Below, in pieces: positions 55,811-64,000 of a stretch of 64,000 nt of DNA. The DNA lies in contig OX597830.1 of assembly GCA_951406725.2 (NCBI GenBank), positions 69,192,001 through 69,256,000 on the forward strand, in the 5' to 3' direction. The stretch is from Octopus vulgaris. Lineage: Eukaryota. Positions within the stretch are counted from its first letter, which is position 1; every line of letters begins with the position of its first letter. The notes under the pieces were generated by a model. The model was given only the letters and a program-made list of their open reading frames with translations. It searched no databases and was not told where the DNA came from. Both the position numbers and the translations under genes were made by a program.

Positions 55811-58800
55811 GTATATATAGACAGATAGATATATAGATAGATAGATAGATATGAAAACATACACATACGTGCACAAATGTACATACAAATATATTTGTTT
55901 ATAGCTATCCGTCAATGTTAACGACGACATTGTCCTCTAGGAGTCTTATCCTACATTTTGTGAGTTGACCGATGTGAAAACAATTTGATCATGTATTGGC
56001 ATGTCCTTGAACGCAGATGACAAGGGAAGCTGCGCATTATGTTGATGGGGAGTCTGAAATGACGTTGAAGTCTCTTTTCCTCAAGTCTCTCACGTCGGAT
56101 TAGTTCAAAGTGTGAAGCTCCTTCGTCGCTGAGGGAACGCCAGATTTGCCGGTTGTGAGCAAAGTATTCAAGTTGTGCCGGTTGAATGTTGCGGGAGTTA
56201 AGGACAAGCTAAAGATGATCCCGGAATCTCATTTTCGGAGGCGTCCAAAGGAGGAGGAGGTGATCCGTCGTAGAACGTCATCGACGATATGTCCATTTTG
56301 TGATATGTCCATTTTACCTAGGTGGTTAAAAGAGTCAACATTTGACAGAAGCGTGTCGTTTATATATAGTTATGTTGCTGGATGTGTTTTTTTTTTATTA
56401 AATACGTTTGAATGATCTCGTTGTGTTTTTTATGTTGATGTTAAGACCCAAACGAATATAGGTTTCATCCATGGCACTTAAGAATCGCTGGAGTGATGCT
56501 GTTTCCTGAGCAGTGGCAGCGGTAACATTTGCATACCGGAGCTCAAATATCTGTTGATGCTAGAGAATTCGCTTTGAGCCGGTGGGTCTTGAAAATACTG
56601 CCATCATAGCGATAACGGGTTCTTATGCTATCGTCGGTACTCTGTTGGACCTAGGAGAGGAGAGTTACAGCTATGTAGATGCTGAACAAAACAGGAATGA
56701 GAACGCAACCCTGTTTGACTCCTGGTTTAACTCTAAATTGTTCTGAAGACGCTCCACCAAGACAGACTCTGGCTAGCATTCCGTTGTGGAATTTGCGGAT
56801 GAAAGTTAAAGCAGTTGGAGGATAGCCACACTTTCCATAAAATGTCACAATCAACGGTGTCAAACGCATTCGTCATATCGAAGAAACCAAAATTCATTTT
56901 TGTTGTTCTCTGCATTTTTCGAGAAGTAAGCGTGCACCAAATATCAAATCAATTGTGCTCATATAAACCACATTGAGATTCAGGGATGGTGCGGTCCGAC
57001 ACGAAGATAAGAAGATGGCGGAGAATAATGCGTGCAAGAATGTTGCAAGACACATCCAGAGGCTTACTGCTGTCACTGCAGTCGGATCGATTGCCTTTTC
57101 TTTTGTAAATGCAAATAATGATTGGTATTAATTTTTGTTTGTTTGTGTTTCCAACAGAGAACTAGGAAAGGGTGAAGATATGATGCAAGTTGCGGTCCGC
57201 CGTATTTCCAAACCTCTCCAGGGATACAGTCTTCGTTAGGAGACTTCTTATTCTTTTGGGAGTGCAGTACCTTCTAGACTTCGTCTTGACTGAGTTCAGC
57301 TGCTATTTCTTCGATGATTTGAAGTTTTGGAAGCTCATCTAAAATCGACGTATCTGTCCATCGTTAAGGTTCTTATTGTTTTCTTTAATTAGAGTAGAGC
57401 CGTCAGCGATACAGATAGGTGCAATCAGGCAATGCGAAGGACCGAAGTTGTCTTTGAACGGGTCCGAGAGTTCATAGTTTTCTTTTCTTCAGCGAATTGT
57501 TGGATCTTTTCGGAGTTGCGGAGCCACCAACCATTCTGTGGGGCCTCAGCCCTAAGGTTATGCTAGTTTGGGACTAAGAAATGAAGATTTGAGAGGTGGG
57601 CGTTATGAGCACGGTTTTTCGCCTGCAAAAGTGGTTGGATAATGTCTGCATTATCCAACCCCTTGAGTTCTTCATGTGGGATTTTCCAATAGTGGGTTCA
57701 GAGTGGGTGTGTCGAATGATGGAGAGCGCAGAGTTCCAGAGTAAGTTGAGTTCATTCTGATTCTGTTCGACCTCGATTCCTTCCCTATGTTATTTTCCAT
57801 ATTGCGAGGGAGTTCTTGTAGAACTGGAAGAACTAGAACAACTGGGCAGACAGTAGCGACGTTTTTTTGTTTTTGGAGCTCAGTGTGTTTTGTTTTGGAA
57901 ACACTTTTGCTTTTTCTGGCCGGAGGGCGGATTTGAAGACATAGGTGCGCGCATCGTATGGGGATCGGCCTAACATTCTGCACCGCGCTTGTATTTGATG
58001 TAGAAGGCATCGTTCTGATCATTTTGACGAACACTCAGGTAATTGAGGAGATGCCATATCTTGGAGCGAAGGTGTATCCTCCTCCAAGCTGAGTGTAGAG
58101 ACTGGTAGAAGGCGTCTTTAGTTTCTTCATTAATGCCTAACGTCGGGGAATATACACTGAAGATAGTGGCATGTACTTTGTTACTGAGGAGAATTCGAAA
58201 GGTCATCTGCCGTTCAATTATATCGGTTTAAATCGAAGAGATGTTCTCCAGTAAAGACCAACGGACAGCAAATCCTGCACTATGAATTCTATTTTTGATT
58301 TGAAAAAGTCCTTTCCAGAAGTATATGTATCTTTCATCAACTTCAGTGAGAGATCCGTCATCAGAGAATTTTGTTATGCTGAATGCATATCCACATTGCA
58401 CCCTTTCAGTTAAAAGGCGATGAGCGCGGTCCTAAGGTTGGGTCGATCGTGGTCATCACGGTCAATCAAAGTTCGTATAATTCCATGTAGCAAAAAATGA
58501 GAGATTGTGATGGTTTTCTTATTAATCTTCGACCGCAGTATGGAGATGGCTTGCCAGGTGCGGTATTCTAGCTAGGTAAAAGGTCTGACATCTTTTAGAC
58601 TACATTTCTAAGCCTCTCCTCAACTGAGGCGCTGAGAGTCTACAAAAGATCCTCCTGGTCACACAGATAGGACAAAAATCGGTGTGAAGTCCCAGAGTCA
58701 CATCGAGACCACCGTCTTGCCTGCACCACCAAGAAGGTGGGATAAGAGGTGTGAGAACAAAGCTTACGCACGGAGTTGTATAGGGTGATGGGACGGGCAG

Positions 58801-61224
58801 TTAGTCCCATTCGCATGCACCTGACTCTTGTTCAGCAGTACTTCGGTGACAAGAGAAATGTCCAAGACGACCAAAAGCTGTCAAGAAATTGCAGCTAGTT
58901 GCCGGAATCCAGGTTGCTACTCACCTGGGCAAGGTTTTAGGTTGGAGTTTCCATCTCGTAGAAAGATTGCCTCTCAAGGCTAATGAGCTCCATCTGCTCG
59001 CGAACAGAGCTATTTCTGAATGCTCTTTCACCATCTCACAGAAAGGATATCTACGCCCACATTCACCGAAACACAGTTGACCTTCAGTCGTAACCCTTAC
59101 CATGAAGAAGCGTTATACCCCGTAATACAGGGCCCTTGCCTGAACTTGGCTGCTACTTTTACAGTACCTGCACCGCGACATGGAAGCGCTAGGCAAGAAT
59201 TACCGCCGTATAAATTAGGGAAGATGACCCGAACTACCATCAACAAGGACCTTAGCTATCAGTAGCCAGGTCTCCATCGGAAGCCGGGAATCATAAAAAC
59301 GTACAAATATAAAACATAAAATATGCTTTATATATGTATAAAGATAAAAATAGAAAGCAACAGGATGCAATAGAATGTAGTAGAATAAGAATGAAAAAAA
59401 TACACATTCTTTTATTCTTTTACTTGTTTCAGTCATTTAACTGCGGCCATACTGGTGCACCGCCTTTAGTCGAACAAATCGACCCCAGGAATTATTCTTT
59501 GAAAGCCTGGTGCTTATTCTATCAGTCTTTTTTCCCAAACCGGTAGATTACGGGGAAGTAAACGTACCAACATCGGTTGTCAAGCAATGGTGTGGGACAA
59601 ACACACAAATAAATACGTGTAGCTATATATATATAGTTCGTAATCCACCACAACACGTGGGTATGTGGGTATTTGGTTAGAGTAGTATGGAAGTTACAAA
59701 ACTGTCCCGAAGTGGATGGAATATATTCAAATATATTAAAGGATAAAATCGTTAAAACCTTTCAGTGGCCAGCATATAAAACAGAAATTTTAGATAAATT
59801 CACATATATTTGATGCGAATGTATTTGTGGTATTTGCATGTAATCGCAACTTTGCCTTTGCTTCTCTGTGAGTATGCATACATGTCTCACTTATTTCGCT
59901 CAGTATGCTTTTCTAATAGAGGAAGCCTTATCAAACTAATCCAGAAAACTTAGTTTTGCAAAAGTTGTTTCATTTCGATTTCAAAATTTTTATTGAAATT
60001 CTCATAAATATTCGCCGATTCATACCCTGCCCTATTTTAAACATACCCCGATATTGCTGAGTACAAACGACTTGTATGAACGAGAAATGCAGCAACAAAA
60101 CCACTAACACTACAGTTTAGGTTGAATCTATCTTCCTAGGTATACATGTATACTTGCCGTGATCCCTATCTACCTATATACATACACACATGCATATGCA
60201 TACATACATACATGCATACATACATACGTAGATACATACATACATATTACATGCATTCATACATACATAAATACACACCTACATACATGCATGCATTAAT
60301 GAATACGCACATATGTACATAGATATAAAATGCATATATATATACACTTATTTTGTGTGTGTTCGTCTTTGGGTGTCTAAACGACCCTCGATGTGGATGT
60401 ATGTGTATATTTGTATAGATCTATCTTTTTCTCCCTCAAACAATATATATATATACGTGTTACGATTTAGTCCTTTTGCAACATTGAAATAGACCTTCCG
60501 GTACTTATGCCCTGTATGATCATACCCTACTATTATTCATATATTCGGGTATATTTCTATTTATATTTATTTTCCAACTGCTAATGCTCTCTGTCAATCA
60601 ATTCGCAGACTGACCATTTCCAAAGACACCCATCTTCATATCTGTCTTACATCCCCCTCCCTCTCTTCTGAACTTTCTTTCTCACCATCTTTCTTTCCTT
60701 TCTCTCCTCTATTGTTTTGAGGAGTATTTATTCTCCCTTTATCATTTCACTTAAATATAATTTCAAACTATTTCCTTTACTTTTCACAGACTGACCATTT
60801 CCAAAGATAAACTTTTTATAGTCTTCTTCCTTCCCCCTCCCTCTTTCATGTGCTTTCTCCTTCTCACCACGCTTACTTTCTCTCTCTCGTCTACTTTATG
60901 TTTTGGCGAGTATTTATTTATTTATTTATTATTTGTGTCTTTACTATTTCTCTTAACATGATTTTATTTTTAAATATTTTTCTCCTTTTACTCTTTTACT
61001 CTCTTACTTGTGTCAGTCATTTGACTGCTGCCATGCTGGAGCACTGCCTTTAGTCGAGCAAATCGACACCAGGACTTATTGTTTGTAAGCCTAGTACTTA
61101 TTCTATCGGGGCCTTTTGCCGAACCGCTAAGTTACGGGGACGTAAACACACCAGCATCGGTTGTCAAGCGATGTTGGGGGGACGAACACGGACACGCAAA
61201 CATATACACAAACACATACATATG

Positions 61225-61264
<40 letters not shown>

Positions 61265-62583
61265 CATACGATAGGCTTCTTTCATTTTCCGTCTACCAAA
61301 TCCACTGACAAGGCATTGGTCAGCCCGAGGCTATAGAAAACACTTGCCCAACGCGACACACAGTGGGACTGAACCCGGAACCATGTGGTTCGTAAGCAAG
61401 CTATTTACCACACAGCCAATCCTACGCCTATTTTGTTTAATTTTTATTCAGTTTTCCACTTCAGTCCTTCTCATCTTTCATTCTTTCTTTTTATAATTAC
61501 AATATTGTCGTTTTCTCTCTCACATTTTTCTTTCTTTCTTCGTCTCCCTTTATCTTTCTCTGATCATATCTTTTTCATCCTTCCCTCTCAAAATTCTTAT
61601 AAAATCTCGCGCCATCTGCCCAACTCAACACATTAGGCGTATATAACGTGATGCAGTAAGATGTTCCCTGATGATCCGTTGTTGTTAAGAATCCATTCCA
61701 CTTGAAACATCCAATGCAGTGTCGCAAAGAACTAGAATAGTGAAACGTACGTTGGAACGAACAATCTAGCCTTGAGTTTATCGGAATTTGTCATGCATAT
61801 ATATGCGTGTGTGTGTGTGTTCGTGCAGGCGTAAATGTATTCGTAAATATTGACATACAGACTTAACATCGATAATTATTGTTAAGATATTGCTCAAAAA
61901 TACGTTTTATCGCTGTCGAGCCTGTTGAGGGTGAGAGAGATGAGTAACAGGAAAAGATAATTAACGGAATTATAATTGTTGGAAGCTGTAGCGACACGGT
62001 ATACAATGTTTTGATTAGCAGATATTTCTAATTAAATGAAAGTCTCCGCCACATCACATCGCAGTTCGAAGGCAAAGCATTTGAAATGCAAAAACGAGAG
62101 ATTGATAGGAAATAATTAATAAGCGAAAGATAGAGTGAAGCCCTAGCAGTCTGAAAACATTTTAGGGGTTACTGATTGCATGGGACATATTTTCAGTTAA
62201 ACTTAGAAACTTTTCTTTACAACCTTGATAATATGTAGCTGCCTGGTCAATATTGAAAAGAGAAAGCAAATCTTTACATAGATATATACATACAAACATA
62301 CACACATAAATACCTACGTACATATACATACATACGTACATATACATACAAACATACATACATACATACATACATACATACATACATACATACATACATA
62401 CATACATACATACATACATACATACATGTATGCATGCATGCATATATAATTAAACTGCCCTGGTTGCTAGCTGTAAGGTGAAACAAGGAAGGATGTGTAG
62501 GATTACAGGATTTGAGAGGTAAATATATCAATCAGACACACAAACACTCTCACATCATACACACTCACATACACACACACACA

Positions 62584-62656
<73 letters not shown>

Positions 62657-64000
62657 ACGCTCATACACAGAAGTATGCAGCGACATTTAATATCCTTATT
62701 GTCGCCCGTAATTCAAGTACCATGCAGTTTTGATATAGTTCTTCGTATTCCACTTGAGATTCTTGCTCACTTTCTCATAATTATTCGATGAATCATGTTC
62801 TGCTCTATTTTAAACAAACCTACACGTTGTATTATTATTTTTACTTCCTAATTCAATGAATAATCACAAATATCTTTGTATAGAAATCAACTTCTGTCTG
62901 GGCAAACGATATTTCAGCAAAGAAGCATTAAACTATATTCACGATAAATGCAGGATAAAACAATGATAATCTTGGCAGCGTTTTCTGGAAGTTGAATGTA
63001 GTCTTCGAAGAAGGCTCAAAAGTACTCCTTAATTTTGGTGATGCATGACCTGTAGGAGCGCAGATATTTCCATCTTGTTATTGGGTATGTAAGGGAATAT
63101 TAGGGTGTGCATTTAGCTATATGCATTTAAAAATCCTTTTCAATTTAATACTATGATACATTGGTTATTAGCTGCAAAGTGAAACAAGGATGACAAATAT
63201 CATAATAGGTTTTGACATGTAAATACATAAATAAAACACACACACATACACAAAGAAGCACGCACTCACACATGTGCACATTCTCTCACGCATAAAACCA
63301 CGTTCAGTCTCCTTTATCTCTCTCGGAATTCATGTACCACGCAGATTTATTTAATCTGTTTGTATTCGATTTGAAATGTTTGTTGAAATTCTCATAAATA
63401 CCCTGCCCTATTTTAAACATACCCAGATGTTGCCATGTAACATCAACCCTTAGGAACGAGAAATGCAGCAACAAAATCATTAGCAATTAAGTTTAGGTTG
63501 AACCTATTTTCATACGTATACACGTACTTGCCGTGCTCCCTATCTACCTGCCTATATACATACACACACGTATATGCATACATACACACATACATGCATG
63601 CATGCATACATAGATACATACATATTACATGCATTCATACATACATAAATAACTACCTACATGCACACATGCATGCATACATACATGCATATATATGTAT
63701 ACACTTTATTTTGTGTGTGTTCGTCTTTGGGTGTCTAAGCGACCTTCGATTTGGGTATATGTGTATATTTGTATAGATCTATCTTTTTCTCCCTGAAACA
63801 ATATATATATATATATATACTAGCTGAAGGTGACCCGCTCTACGCGCGGGTAAGAGTGTGGTTGTTACTTTCTGTTGCTTCCTTTCAGCACGTAAAAAGC
63901 ACCATCCGAACGTGGCCGATTGCAGCGCCGCCTTGACAGGCTTCTGTGCCAGTGGCTCGTAAAAAGCGCCAACCGATTGTTACCGCTCCAAGCCCACCTG
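53760..64000 (+). repeat. Tandem segmental duplication B, copy 2 (runs off the window)
   Basis: Junction aattttgGT|cactggagag with 2-bp microhomology; collinear with 37959-48200. Confidence 0.95.
55920..59290 (-). mobile_element. Duplicate of the RTE LINE
   Basis: Same ORF fragments at an offset of ~15739 bp. Confidence 0.92.

Overview
AT-rich, microsatellite-dense animal DNA; the tRNA-SINE families and the LINE/Penelope mix look like an Octopus (coleoid cephalopod) genome (recognition, not a database result). No intact protein-coding gene is present, and most listed ORFs are microsatellite read-throughs or retroelement debris. Positions 1-24 kb are mostly decayed transposons (R4/Dong, Penelope, Tx1, RTE, Helitron, Crypton-like, MITEs, SINEs) with one good candidate host exon (13159-13211, minus). 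Positions 24.8-64 kb are nested recent tandem segmental duplications (about 7.3 kb, 15.8 kb and 2.5 kb) with readable junctions, a copy-specific CR1/L2 insertion and a copy-specific 96-bp templated insertion. Beneath them lies a much older array of about ten diverged copies, on both strands, of an exon+intron module. The best-preserved copy is a 354-nt phase-1/phase-1 exon, and the cysteine spacing reconstructed across copies resembles a Frizzled-like (ROR/MuSK-type) cysteine-rich domain. My main hypothesis is a fossil multi-CRD gene or gene cluster that kept being amplified after decay. All alignments were done by eye, so boundaries are approximate unless junction bases are quoted.
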